A DNA stretch of 54,603 bases, taken from IMG/VR virus record IMGVR_UViG_3300017754_000846, positions 1 to 54,603 of that record; one strand, given 5' to 3'. The notes below the pieces were generated by a model that worked only from the letters and a program-made list of their open reading frames with translations, was not told the origin of the DNA and did no database searches. Positions 18,394 to 29,073 of the stretch are shown here, in pieces. Origin of the DNA: a virus. Taxonomy: Duplodnaviria > Caudoviricetes. Numbering within the stretch: the stretch's first letter is position 1; the number at the start of each line of letters is the position of its first letter. Made by a program: the position numbers and the translations under genes.

Positions 18394-19176
18394 ATGATAA
18401 CAAGAAAGAGATTATTTTTTGATATTGAAACAAGTTTTAATATTGGAATCTTCTGGAGAAGTGGTTATGGCTTAAACATAAATCCTGAAGATATAATTCA
18501 TGAAAGAGCAATTATTTGCGTAGCATGGAAATGGGAGGGAAAAGATAAAGTACACAGTCTTCACTGGGATGAAGATCAATCAGACAAACAGTTGTTAAAA
18601 GATTTTCTCAAAGAGTTAAATAAAGCAGATGAAATCATAGCTCACAATGGTGATAGATTTGACATCAAATGGCTACGCACAAGATGCTTAATTAATGATG
18701 TACCTATGTTCCCTACCTATCAGACCATTGACACTCTTAAATTAGCTAAGGCACAGTTTAATTTCAATTCTAATAAGCTAGACTATATTGCTCAAGTATT
18801 AGGTGTCGGAGCTAAGACTAAACATGAGGGTTTAGATATGTGGAAAAAGATTGTACTTGGTAAAGATCCAGTAGCTTTACAGAACATGATTGAGTACTGT
18901 AAAAATGATGTAGTGGTTCTAGAAAATGTTTATCACAAACTTAGACCTTATAGTAAAGGTAAAGTTAATTATGCAGTACTTAGAGGAGGTGATAAGTATG
19001 AATGTCCTAACTGTGGAACAGATCAAGTTAAGCTAAATAAAACATATACAACCTTACAGGGAACTATTAAGCATCATATGCGTTGTAGGGATAAATCATG
19101 TGGGACTAGTTATAACATTAATAATAAAACCTTTACAGATTTTCTGAAAGACAAAGTAAGAAAGAACATAAAGTAG
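18394..19176 (+). CDS. DEDD (RNase H-fold) 3'-5' exonuclease with C-terminal Zn ribbon
   Basis: ExoI FFDIETS, ExoII HNGDRFD, SNKLD, ExoIII YCKNDV; CPNC...CRDKSC. Confidence 0.85.
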   Translation: MITRKRLFFDIETSFNIGIFWRSGYGLNINPEDIIHERAIICVAWKWEGKDKVHSLHWDEDQSDKQLLKDFLKELNKADEIIAHNGDRFDIKWLRTRCLINDVPMFPTYQTIDTLKLAKAQFNFNSNKLDYIAQVLGVGAKTKHEGLDMWKKIVLGKDPVALQNMIEYCKNDVVVLENVYHKLRPYSKGKVNYAVLRGGDKYECPNCGTDQVKLNKTYTTLQGTIKHHMRCRDKSCGTSYNINNKTFTDFLKDKVRKNIK

Positions 19177-19214
19177 TATATTTGCTAGAGTAGAGATTTT
19201 CTAATCTTGATTTT

Positions 19215-19226
19215 TTTTAGTATATT
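19215..19226 (+). promoter_or_regulatory. TTTTAGTATATT promoter-like motif (a host-type TAnnTTTG also occurs at 19177-19184)
   Basis: Identical to 15987-15998. TATATTTG matches the Bacteroidota -7 consensus. Confidence 0.5.
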
Positions 19227-19237
19227 AACTATATAGT

Positions 19238-19822
19238 ATGAGTAAAGTATTTAATAAACCCAATTTAACAGATCCTAGATTTAGACCAGAAGTACACGAG
19301 ATGATGAATCAGGATTTTTTTAAAAGGTTCAAGGAGAAATATCCTAGATATAAGGATGTAGACAACGGGACCTTGAAAAAAGTTATTAAAGAGTTTAATA
19401 CTAAATTTTGGGAAACTGTAATAGATCATAGAGATGGTGTACAGTTACCAGAAGGATTAGGTTATTTATTTGTTGGAACATGTCAGACAAGCAAGAAGAC
19501 AAACATTGATTTTGGCAAGTCTAATAAATATGGAATAACAGTTACTAATACTAATTGGAATACAGATGGCAAACTAGCTAAGATATTCTACACTAATTAT
19601 GCTAATAAGTATCAGTTTGTAAACAGGGACTGTTGGGCATTTGTAGCTTGTAGAAACTTTAAAAGAACTTTAGCTAAAACTTATCCAGAGACTTGGATGA
19701 ATTATGTACAGGTAGATCCAATGAAGAAGATACGTAAGATGTTTCAAGGAGTAGTCCTTAAAGATATGAGAAAAAAGGCCGAGAGCAAAAAGCTTGAGGA
19801 CTATAATGAGTTTGACTTATGA
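19238..19822 (+). CDS. IHF/HU-like DNA-binding protein (crAss-like)
   Basis: Helix-helix followed by DGVQLPEGLGYLFV (HU/IHF V.L..FG.F pattern); basic; located before the ring and muzzle genes as in crAss-like phages. Confidence 0.65.
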   Translation: MSKVFNKPNLTDPRFRPEVHEMMNQDFFKRFKEKYPRYKDVDNGTLKKVIKEFNTKFWETVIDHRDGVQLPEGLGYLFVGTCQTSKKTNIDFGKSNKYGITVTNTNWNTDGKLAKIFYTNYANKYQFVNRDCWAFVACRNFKRTLAKTYPETWMNYVQVDPMKKIRKMFQGVVLKDMRKKAESKKLEDYNEFDL

Positions 19823-20490
19823 CAACAATAGCAGAAGCAATATCCAGAGTTAGAAATTCTCTGAAAGCTGTTAAGGAAGATCCTTTCTTAACTGATAGAA
19901 CTATTTACTTTTCTTTACTGAAGTATGGTAAGACCTTACTTAAGAGAGAAGACAATCAGAATAGACTCATGAAGATGAGCTCCTTATTTCATGCTCTACC
20001 TTATGTAGAGTTAGTTGATGTGGATAGAATTGAAGCTGGATGTACAGGTATTGCTTCAGGATGTACTATTAAAAGAACTGCAGAGAAAATACCTACAATC
20101 TTTGATGGTATGTTTGGACCTATTATTAGAACAGTTAGTTCTATTGATGGGACTATTGAATTGTTCAGAACTGAACCTGGTACATATGTCTCAATGACAA
20201 AGACAACTAGCTTTAAGTATAATAAGAGAATTTACTTCTGGTATCTTAATGGGTATTTGTATTTACCTAATGCTCAATGGGATGCAATTAAGGTTGAAGC
20301 AATCTTTGAAGGTAGCACTGGAGATTTTATGTGTGAACCAAATGACTCTTGTAGTCTTAAACAAGATCAGCAATTTGCTATTCCGGAATACTTATTTTCT
20401 GAAGTAGAGCAATTTGTAATTAAAGAATTAACTATGACTGCACAGATTCCATCTAATGGTTCTGATGACAATCAAAATATACTTAGATAA
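19819..20490 (+). CDS. Tail ring / tubular protein
   Basis: 223 aa; YFWYLNGYLYLP, VEAIFE, FAIPEYL and C-terminal DDNQN resemble crAss-like ring proteins; ATGA overlap. Confidence 0.65.
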   Translation: MTTIAEAISRVRNSLKAVKEDPFLTDRTIYFSLLKYGKTLLKREDNQNRLMKMSSLFHALPYVELVDVDRIEAGCTGIASGCTIKRTAEKIPTIFDGMFGPIIRTVSSIDGTIELFRTEPGTYVSMTKTTSFKYNKRIYFWYLNGYLYLPNAQWDAIKVEAIFEGSTGDFMCEPNDSCSLKQDQQFAIPEYLFSEVEQFVIKELTMTAQIPSNGSDDNQNILR

Positions 20491-21524
20491 TGGATGTTAA
20501 CTACACTTTGAAATATAGAACTTTTGACCAGTTACTAGAAGATGTAACTGTAGACTTTAGTTCTTATGCTCTTGAGAATATGATAGAGCCTCAACAACTT
20601 ATTAAAGTTGCTAAGAGAGTTACCTATGATTTAGGTTTGAGAATTAATCAGACTAAAGAAGTTATGTTGGAAGTATGTCACGGTAAAGTAAAATTACCAG
20701 ATGACTTTTACACTTTTAACTTTGCTTTTATTTGTGGAAACTATGAAGTAAGAACAGGTTATGATATTGGTGGTACTAATGTACAGGAAGTAAGATATCA
20801 AGAAGTACCAAGTACAGTTGATCAATGTACAGCTCCAACAGTTAACTGCAGTACATGTAATGCTAATCCATGTAATCATACTGCAGCTTGTATTGATCAT
20901 AATACTGATTGGAGTATTCCAACATCATATGATCCAAACAATCCATATGGTGATACATGCATTAAACCAAGAGTATTCTTGAACTGTAAGAATGAAGCAT
21001 ATGAATTAATTCAAGTTGTAAATAACTCACAGACAAGAGTTTACAAAATATTGATTCCGTTAAGAATGAGAGCAAGTAGAGAGATTGAAGCAGACTGCCC
21101 AAATCTTTATTATAATGCATTAGATCAAGGATACATTAAGAATGGATTCTTGTATACTACAGTTACTGATGCAAAAATCTATTTGAACTATCAAGGTGCA
21201 ATGGAAGATGAAGATGGTAACTTATTAGTACCTGATCATGACATGCTTAATGAGTATTATGAGTATGCTCTTAAACAAAGACTGCTTGAGAACCTTTATA
21301 TGAATGGTGAAGATGTTTCTCAAAAACTTGGTTTAATAGAACAGAGATTAAAAGTGGCTAGAAACAATGCATTGAATATAGTCAACATGCCAAACTTTGC
21401 AGAGATGAAGAAGTTATGGTGGGCTAATAGAAAAGCAATGTACGGTAAGTACTATGATATGTTTAAATCATATCCTATTAATAGCATCTACACTAGAAAT
21501 TACGGACCAACAACAATAATGTAA
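20490..21524 (+). CDS. Tail ring / head-tail connector protein with Cys-rich insertion
   Basis: 344 aa; KVKLPDDF and IYLNYQGAMEDEDGNLLVPD (tubular-protein-like); TAATG coupling. Confidence 0.65.
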   Translation: MDVNYTLKYRTFDQLLEDVTVDFSSYALENMIEPQQLIKVAKRVTYDLGLRINQTKEVMLEVCHGKVKLPDDFYTFNFAFICGNYEVRTGYDIGGTNVQEVRYQEVPSTVDQCTAPTVNCSTCNANPCNHTAACIDHNTDWSIPTSYDPNNPYGDTCIKPRVFLNCKNEAYELIQVVNNSQTRVYKILIPLRMRASREIEADCPNLYYNALDQGYIKNGFLYTTVTDAKIYLNYQGAMEDEDGNLLVPDHDMLNEYYEYALKQRLLENLYMNGEDVSQKLGLIEQRLKVARNNALNIVNMPNFAEMKKLWWANRKAMYGKYYDMFKSYPINSIYTRNYGPTTIM

Positions 21525-24500
21525 TGGCAAATAACATGCAGGATACTAATAAGAATCAGACTAATAGTTTCTTAAAAGGTCTTAATAAAGATTCTGACCC
21601 ATCCTTTGTAACAGAGGGTATGTGGACGCATGCGCGTAATGCATCTAATAATACACGTGAAGGGGATTTAGGTTCTATCTCAAATGAGATAGCTAATGTT
21701 GCTTGTGCTTATGCCGGACTAACACTAGGTACACCTACATCTAAAAAATACATTATAGGTACTATTTATCTATATAGTGACAAATGGGTTATCTTTACTG
21801 TAGCTTATAATGCTACAGGTATTGGTGCAGCTATAGGTCATGAGATTGGATTGTTTGAAGAAGACACATGTTCATATAGACCTATTGTACAAGATGCATG
21901 TTTAAACTTTAGCAAGTATCACTTGATTACCGGATCTTCTAGAGAAGTAGAAGACTGTTCATGGCAAGTATACTGGGCTGATGAAAGAAATAATCCTGAT
22001 AGAGTTTTAAATATTGGTGATCCTAATACATGGCCTACTTCAGATTTTATCTGGAACAATAACAATACATATATTAATCCTTTAGGAGAAAGTATGCAGT
22101 GGCCAGGAGTTGCCTGGAACCAAGACTGTAATACAGTTAACTCATGTATTATATGTACTGACTTAACAACTTTGAATTGTGATGCTATAAGACTAGCTAG
22201 ATTAGTTGACACACCATGTGTAAAAACTTCATTAGCAGTAGGTGCTGGAACATTAAGAAATGGTTCTTATGCTGCTTGTATTGCTTACAGTATTCAAGGA
22301 CAGAAAGTAACTGATTATTATTCTATTAGTAATCAGCAACCTATATTTACAGATAATGACAATGAAGGTTCTTTAAATATTGAAATAAAAGCGGACTCTA
22401 CACACTTTAGTGAGTTTATATTAGTAGTTATTCAAACTGTTAACCAAGGTACTGTAGCTAAACAAATTGGTATTTATTCAACTAAAACAACTTTAGTACA
22501 TCTAGATCAGATTAAAGAGGATCTTATAACTGTACCTATTAGAGAGATTCCTATTCAGACTCCTGTTTTTGAGAAGTCAGATCAAATCATTGAGGTAAAT
22601 AATTATCTATTAAGAGTAGGGCCACAGTCTAAATTTGATTTTAACTATCAACCTTTAGCTAATCTTATTCAAACAGAATGGGTATCTACTGAGTATCCAG
22701 CTAATTACTATGTTAACGGTGGTTCTAACACTAGTTATCTAAGAGATGAGGTGTATGCTTTCTTTATTAGATGGGTATACAACACAGGAGATAAGTCTGC
22801 ATCATATCATATTCCGGGAAGAGTAGCTACAAACTACCAAGTACCTGGGGGTATTAGTTCTTATGAGGCCGGTCCTTATGCAGGAGATATTAATATTCTA
22901 CCTGGAGATAATAAACTATTTCAAGTATACAACACAGCTAGTGTAACTTCTTTAGCTACTACAACTTTAGCTGATGGAGGTGTTGTTATTGGTAGAGGAA
23001 AGATGGGGTACTGGGAGTCCACTGAGACTTATCCAGATGACCAAGATAATGTTTGGAATGCAACATCACAATGTTGGACAGGAATGACAATACCAAGTCA
23101 AGCATATGACTTATGTGGTTTGAACATTAGACATCATAAATTTCCAGATAATGCATTACATCCAGTAACTAATCACTTCTCACCAGGAGGTGACAAGATT
23201 AGATTAATGGGTATAGACTTTAAGAATATTACTTATCCAAAAGATAATGATGGATATGATATCCCTGGTATTGTTGGTTATGAAATCTTAAGAGGTTCTA
23301 GAGAAGGTAACAGATCTATTATTGCTAAAGGTATGATCAACAACTATAGACCATATCATATTAAAAATAATCCTAGTAAAAAAGGATTGTATGCTAACCA
23401 TCCGTTTAACACTATCTTACCTGTTAACGTTGCAGGATATGATGATCCATATTTTAAAATTGTAGATGATGATAATGACACAATACATATACAGCAAACT
23501 GATATTCCAAAAGATATTGTTAGCTTTCACTCACCGGACACTAGTTTTAGAAATCCTTATTTGTCTGTTACTGAATTAAAACTCTATGGACATTTACAAG
23601 GTACAGCTACTGAGCAATTTATTGAACCTAATAAACATCCACAAGCTAAGTTAATTGCTGATGCTGCATTGTTTCCTATGATCTTAGGAGGTCTTGTGGA
23701 AGCTATTATTAGTTTACTTGGTAAGAGAACTATTAATACCCCAGGTGGTGCCTACCAAGATCAATACGGTATGGAAATAATTGAGGGGACATCCGTACCT
23801 TTTACACCTGGTTGGAACTTAGCAACTGTAGATGCAGGTTTATATGCTACAGGAAGTTTTGCATTTAATCAAGCTCTTAATGCTTATTTTGGTGGAGGAG
23901 GTTCAATAGCAGATATCGTAGCAGGAGGTAATATCTTAGAAGGTATATATAATACTTTTAAAGGTACAGGTAATGTTAAAGAGGCTACTGTATTATCTAC
24001 AGAATTAGGACCAGGTCAATTATTAGGATTAGTTCCTACTCTTGCTCAGGCTGCTTATTATTTTTCTGAAGGTGCTGCAACAACATTAAGATTGATTTAT
24101 GCATTAATACCTTATAGACAATATGCACTACAAATGGTAGCGCATGCTTACTATAATTTATTTAGTGCACCGTTAGGCACACCTGCTCAAGGTAGTGTAA
24201 GAAAAAGATTTAATGTTGAAGATTCTTTTTATTTAAGAGACACACTTCAAGATATGAGTGGACAACCATATAGAATTAATAACTTAAAGAGATCTCATAA
24301 TGTTACTGTAAGAACTTCAGGTGGTGTTAGTAGAGCTGTTGACGGTCCTAGATTTTTATTAAATCCTGGTGAAAGAGATGATACCTTAGTAACTGTAGGT
24401 ACGGCAATTAATTCTGGAAGTAATCTTGACTTTGATGGTAATTTAGCTAATCCTTTTTTAAAGACTGCTACAAGTCATTATGCTGGTCTTAAAGTACAAT

Positions 24501-26743
24501 TAGATAATCAATACGGTCAACTTAATTCTATTAAGCAAATTCCAGCTACACCATGTGAACAAAAACTATCTGACTCAGGTATATCAGAAATAACAACTTC
24601 TGTATTCTGTCAAAGAGAGGTAGACGGTATTGTACAAACTTACCAGTTGAAGAAAAAAATAATTAGTCAGACTCCAGTATTCTTTGGAGGAGATACTTAT
24701 ATAAACAGATACACTGAGAAGAACAGTACATTTATGTTTTATGATTGGTTATATGATCAACCAGATGGTTTTGAGTTTAACTATAAACTAAGACAAATGA
24801 TACCGGATCCTAGATTCTGGTTAAACAGCATTCAGTATGAGGCTAGTGATTTGTGGAATAACGGTCTACAAGATATGTTTAATAACATTTCTACACCTGG
24901 TACAGGAGCAACACCTAGAAGATTTTATCAGTTAGATAATGAGAACTATAATTATTTTACAGATGCTGAAGGTAACTATCCAGGATTCTTTGGTGTTAAA
25001 CAATCTTTCTTTTACTTATCTACATCAGGTGTAAGAGACTTCTTTGTAGAGAGTGATGTTATTGTTGACTTTAGAGAATCAGGTATTCCTGAATGGGAAA
25101 AGAATTATGATGCAAATAAATACACAGATCTTATATCTATGTTTGATAGCAATCCTCAAAACATTACAAGAGGTAACTACTTTGCATATGATTATTCATT
25201 AAGTGTATCTAAAATCTTTACTCAGTATTTCTCACAGGGTAATCTACAGGATAGATATTATGATCCATTTGTAGCTAGCCTATGTTATTCTTATTATCCA
25301 GATAGAATCATCTATTCTTTACCTCAGCAAATTGAGTCAACTAAAGATAGCTGGTATATTTATTTAGCTAATAACTATAAAGAATTCAAAGCACAGATCA
25401 GCGGAGTTAAGAATTTTGCTAAGACCGGTATCTTCATTACATTTAAAAACTCAAGTCCTTTAGTAATACAAGGAGTTGATACACTAGAGACAGATGCAGG
25501 TACTAAGATTACTATTGGTGATGGAGGATTATTTAATCAGACACCACAGAGTATTGTTGTAGCAGATGCACCATATGAATATGGATCATCTCAGAATAAG
25601 TTCAGTGTAATTTCTACACCGGCTGGTATGTTTTATATGTCTCAGAATCAAGGTAAGATATTTTCTTATGCCCAAGGTTTAAGTGAGATTTCACAAGAAG
25701 GTTTGAAATGGTGGTTTACATTATTCTTACCATATAAGTTACTAGAGGATTTTCCTGATTATCCATATCAAGATAATCCAGTAGCTGGTATTGGATGTCA
25801 ATCTATCTATGACAATCAGAACAGTATCTTATATTTCTGTAAGAAAGACTTTAAGTTAAAACCTCAGTACATTGATAGAGTTGTATTTGATAAACGTAAA
25901 AGAGCATTTATATTAGATGGTAAGTCTAAGTTTGATATTGGTGATCCATTAATATTTAATGATGCTTCTTGGACAGTAAGTTATGACCCTAAGAGTAAGT
26001 TCTGGATATCATTCCATGACTGGCACCCTGAATTAGTAATGCCATCTAAGTCTACTTTCTTGACTATTAAGAATAATGGTATATGGAGACATAACTTTAT
26101 TTGTGATACTTACTGTAGATATTATGGTATAGATTATCCATTTGAAGTAGAGATGCCTTTAGCTACTGGTCAAACAGTAACTACATTAAAATCTATGGAG
26201 TACATCTTAGAGTGTTCTAAGCGTGCACTTAACTGTGTGGATCAATATCAAGTATTAGATTATAACTTTGATAAGGCCGTTGTATTTAATACAGAGCAAG
26301 CATCTGGATATCTTAATTTAAATCCATTCCCTAAAAATAATGTGACTCTAAGTTTAGACTATCCTAAGTTAAATACAGCTAACCCTTCTTTTGATATCTT
26401 ATTCTCTAAAGAGGAAAACAAATATAGATTTAATCAGTTCTGGGATATTACAAGAGACCGTGGTGAGTTTCCTATTGGAGATACTTATCCTAATACTCTT
26501 CCTGTAATACCGGGTACAACTATTTTACCAGGAGCTCATGAAGAACAAAACATCTGGGTAACTGAGTACAATGGTTATATTAAATCTCTTAATGCAGTTA
26601 ACTTAGATTATGCTAAACCTGCATTACAAAGAAAAAAATTCAGACATTACTTGAATTTCTTAAATTTGAGAAAAGATTACTCAGGTAATGTGAATATGAT
26701 TCTTAAGTTAGTAAATAGTAAAAATCAAATATCACCAAGATAA
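21524..26743 (+). CDS. Muzzle / tail stabilisation protein
   Basis: 1739 aa; KGLNKD...NA.N N-terminus, YLRDEVYAFFIRW, GGDTYINRY, WTVSYDPKSKFWISFHDWHP beta-propeller motifs typical of crAss-like stabilisation proteins. Confidence 0.8.
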   Translation: MANNMQDTNKNQTNSFLKGLNKDSDPSFVTEGMWTHARNASNNTREGDLGSISNEIANVACAYAGLTLGTPTSKKYIIGTIYLYSDKWVIFTVAYNATGIGAAIGHEIGLFEEDTCSYRPIVQDACLNFSKYHLITGSSREVEDCSWQVYWADERNNPDRVLNIGDPNTWPTSDFIWNNNNTYINPLGESMQWPGVAWNQDCNTVNSCIICTDLTTLNCDAIRLARLVDTPCVKTSLAVGAGTLRNGSYAACIAYSIQGQKVTDYYSISNQQPIFTDNDNEGSLNIEIKADSTHFSEFILVVIQTVNQGTVAKQIGIYSTKTTLVHLDQIKEDLITVPIREIPIQTPVFEKSDQIIEVNNYLLRVGPQSKFDFNYQPLANLIQTEWVSTEYPANYYVNGGSNTSYLRDEVYAFFIRWVYNTGDKSASYHIPGRVATNYQVPGGISSYEAGPYAGDINILPGDNKLFQVYNTASVTSLATTTLADGGVVIGRGKMGYWESTETYPDDQDNVWNATSQCWTGMTIPSQAYDLCGLNIRHHKFPDNALHPVTNHFSPGGDKIRLMGIDFKNITYPKDNDGYDIPGIVGYEILRGSREGNRSIIAKGMINNYRPYHIKNNPSKKGLYANHPFNTILPVNVAGYDDPYFKIVDDDNDTIHIQQTDIPKDIVSFHSPDTSFRNPYLSVTELKLYGHLQGTATEQFIEPNKHPQAKLIADAALFPMILGGLVEAIISLLGKRTINTPGGAYQDQYGMEIIEGTSVPFTPGWNLATVDAGLYATGSFAFNQALNAYFGGGGSIADIVAGGNILEGIYNTFKGTGNVKEATVLSTELGPGQLLGLVPTLAQAAYYFSEGAATTLRLIYALIPYRQYALQMVAHAYYNLFSAPLGTPAQGSVRKRFNVEDSFYLRDTLQDMSGQPYRINNLKRSHNVTVRTSGGVSRAVDGPRFLLNPGERDDTLVTVGTAINSGSNLDFDGNLANPFLKTATSHYAGLKVQLDNQYGQLNSIKQIPATPCEQKLSDSGISEITTSVFCQREVDGIVQTYQLKKKIISQTPVFFGGDTYINRYTEKNSTFMFYDWLYDQPDGFEFNYKLRQMIPDPRFWLNSIQYEASDLWNNGLQDMFNNISTPGTGATPRRFYQLDNENYNYFTDAEGNYPGFFGVKQSFFYLSTSGVRDFFVESDVIVDFRESGIPEWEKNYDANKYTDLISMFDSNPQNITRGNYFAYDYSLSVSKIFTQYFSQGNLQDRYYDPFVASLCYSYYPDRIIYSLPQQIESTKDSWYIYLANNYKEFKAQISGVKNFAKTGIFITFKNSSPLVIQGVDTLETDAGTKITIGDGGLFNQTPQSIVVADAPYEYGSSQNKFSVISTPAGMFYMSQNQGKIFSYAQGLSEISQEGLKWWFTLFLPYKLLEDFPDYPYQDNPVAGIGCQSIYDNQNSILYFCKKDFKLKPQYIDRVVFDKRKRAFILDGKSKFDIGDPLIFNDASWTVSYDPKSKFWISFHDWHPELVMPSKSTFLTIKNNGIWRHNFICDTYCRYYGIDYPFEVEMPLATGQTVTTLKSMEYILECSKRALNCVDQYQVLDYNFDKAVVFNTEQASGYLNLNPFPKNNVTLSLDYPKLNTANPSFDILFSKEENKYRFNQFWDITRDRGEFPIGDTYPNTLPVIPGTTILPGAHEEQNIWVTEYNGYIKSLNAVNLDYAKPALQRKKFRHYLNFLNLRKDYSGNVNMILKLVNSKNQISPR

Positions 26744-29073
26744 TGTATAATAAGAAAGCACTCAGAACTATTGTAAAGAACTTAGACAAAGCAAAAGCTC
26801 CTGCTAAACCTAAAGACATTATTGTAGATCCCATGGGTCAATGGAAATATCCTGGGCAAAAGACTAGAATACCTGGAGGTGATATTACTATGCAAGGTGT
26901 ATCATATCCAGTATGGGCACAACCTAATGTAGGTACAGGACAACTTATGCAACCAGGTCAGGATTATAAATTTCCTGGAGCAGATTATGTTGATGAAACT
27001 CCTATTGCTAAGAAAGGTGGAAGTCTTAAAAAGTATTCAAGAAGTCTAGAGGCTAAGAATAAAATATTTGCTGATAACCCACTTACTAAGAAACCTAAGT
27101 CTAAAAAGATCTTTGATCCTACATCCAAGAATTATAAAAATGGTGGAGTAAACCAGACACCTAGTCTTCCTTTAAAAGCAGGTCGAGAGGTGTATGAAAC
27201 ATTTGCATATGGTATGTATGACAGACCAGGATGGCAAAAACAAGATGGTGGAGAAGCATGGGATGCTGAACTTACAGATGAAGAAATCCAAGCATATAGA
27301 GATGCAGGATATGAAGTAGAAGATCTAGAAGATAATACTTTCCAACAAGGAGGTTATTTTTCTTATGGCGACAAGAAGTACATGAAGAAAGATGGTAAGT
27401 GGTTAGTTGAGTCTAATGGCAAGTATATACCCCTATCTAAGAATGTAGCTGAGAGAAGTGCTGTACTTAATAAACAAGCTAAGTATGTTAAACCTTCAGC
27501 TTCAGCTAAGTCACAATATGAGTTAGATCAAGAAGCTAGAAAAGCTAATTATTTTAATCCGGACTATTCTGTATTACCAAATATTAAACAACAAGTAGCT
27601 GAATCAACAGTACCTGCTATTTCATATGATAAACAATTACAAGCAAATAGAACAGGTAGTGATGCTAGAAAATCTAAAGAAGCAGCCAATTTAAGAGAAG
27701 AAACTATACAAGCTGTAAAATATAATAGTGGGTTACCTCAAGATCAAATAGATGATATTCTTATGGACCCTAGAAAACTTGCTAAGTATAAATATTTAGG
27801 AGAACAAAGAATGTATGGTAATCCTCAAGAAACTGAAATTAATAATAGATCTAAGACAGCACCTCAAGGATTATTTAGTAAAGGTTTAGATGTATTATCA
27901 AATCCTTTTACTGCTATTACTACAATGGGAAGTGGTGAAGGTTTACCTGATTACATGCAGAAAAATCTAGATAGAGGTACATTTGCATATACTAAAAATG
28001 CTGCTGTTCATACTGAAAGAAATCCCTTAGACTATGTTGTAGATTTTACTCCACTTGGTTTGATCAATGATGCAAGAAATGTTGTAAACGGAATTGCAGA
28101 AGGAGACTGGGGAAAAATAGGTTGGGGATTAGCTGGTGCAGTACCCGGTGTAAGTGAGCTAAGAAGTGCAGGTAAAGCTGCTAATCTTGGATCTAAAGCA
28201 AGCAAAGTTGTCAAACCAGTTTCTAAAAATGTTAAACGTGCAGTAGATATTGGATACTCTGGATTAGGCAAAGGTATCATGAATAAATATAATCCTCTTA
28301 ACTTAGTACCTAATTATGGTAAAGCAGTAAATAATCCTAGAATAGAATTAGGTAATGTATTAGAAGATGTTGTACGTTCAGGTAATGCAACTGTATCACA
28401 AGGACCTTTGCAAAAAATGACTAATACCATAAGAAGAACACCTACGCCTGTTATGAAAGCAGGTAAAAATACAAGTAGGAATAATGCAAAGTCTATATTT
28501 CAGTTAGAAGTAAATCCTAATACGGTTGGTTCAAATGTAAAATATGCAAATGATCCTATAAAAAGAACTGGTCAAACATATAGAAATGTTAGGAAAGCAA
28601 TTAATCCAAAATATGATGTAAATAATAAGGCTGCTTATGAATTAAAATATGGTAGAAACCCGGCTACACAAATTCCTTTATCAGATCCTGGAGTTGCTTT
28701 ACAAAGAAGATTACCTTTCTCAAATAGGTATGTTAAAGTAGATCCCGCAAAATTAGCTAATAATCAAGTTCAATGGGCAACTAGAGGAACGGGTTTACAA
28801 AACTTAGCAGAAAAATACGGATCCACTGCATTAACCCTTCCAGCAATAGCAGCTTTATTATCAGGTCATGAAAAAGGTTATGGTAATGTATTTAGTAATA
28901 CAATAAGCAAAATTGATCCTTATAGTTTTGTAAAAGACTATAATCCTTATTATGTAAAAGATATTTATAAAGGTTTAATAGAAAAAGACGGTGGAGAGAT
29001 TGAAATGGATGCAGATGAAGATATGATTAACTACTTAAGATCTCAAGGGTATACGGTAGAGGACATTGACTAA
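26743..29073 (+). CDS. Virion cargo (internal/ejection) protein, modular, xxGG-punctuated
   Basis: 776 aa immediately after the muzzle; ITMQGVSYPV...QPGQDYKFPG module, AKKGG/YKNGG/KQDGG/FQQGG/EKDGG motifs, hydrophobic helix pair. Confidence 0.6.
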   Translation: MYNKKALRTIVKNLDKAKAPAKPKDIIVDPMGQWKYPGQKTRIPGGDITMQGVSYPVWAQPNVGTGQLMQPGQDYKFPGADYVDETPIAKKGGSLKKYSRSLEAKNKIFADNPLTKKPKSKKIFDPTSKNYKNGGVNQTPSLPLKAGREVYETFAYGMYDRPGWQKQDGGEAWDAELTDEEIQAYRDAGYEVEDLEDNTFQQGGYFSYGDKKYMKKDGKWLVESNGKYIPLSKNVAERSAVLNKQAKYVKPSASAKSQYELDQEARKANYFNPDYSVLPNIKQQVAESTVPAISYDKQLQANRTGSDARKSKEAANLREETIQAVKYNSGLPQDQIDDILMDPRKLAKYKYLGEQRMYGNPQETEINNRSKTAPQGLFSKGLDVLSNPFTAITTMGSGEGLPDYMQKNLDRGTFAYTKNAAVHTERNPLDYVVDFTPLGLINDARNVVNGIAEGDWGKIGWGLAGAVPGVSELRSAGKAANLGSKASKVVKPVSKNVKRAVDIGYSGLGKGIMNKYNPLNLVPNYGKAVNNPRIELGNVLEDVVRSGNATVSQGPLQKMTNTIRRTPTPVMKAGKNTSRNNAKSIFQLEVNPNTVGSNVKYANDPIKRTGQTYRNVRKAINPKYDVNNKAAYELKYGRNPATQIPLSDPGVALQRRLPFSNRYVKVDPAKLANNQVQWATRGTGLQNLAEKYGSTALTLPAIAALLSGHEKGYGNVFSNTISKIDPYSFVKDYNPYYVKDIYKGLIEKDGGEIEMDADEDMINYLRSQGYTVEDID

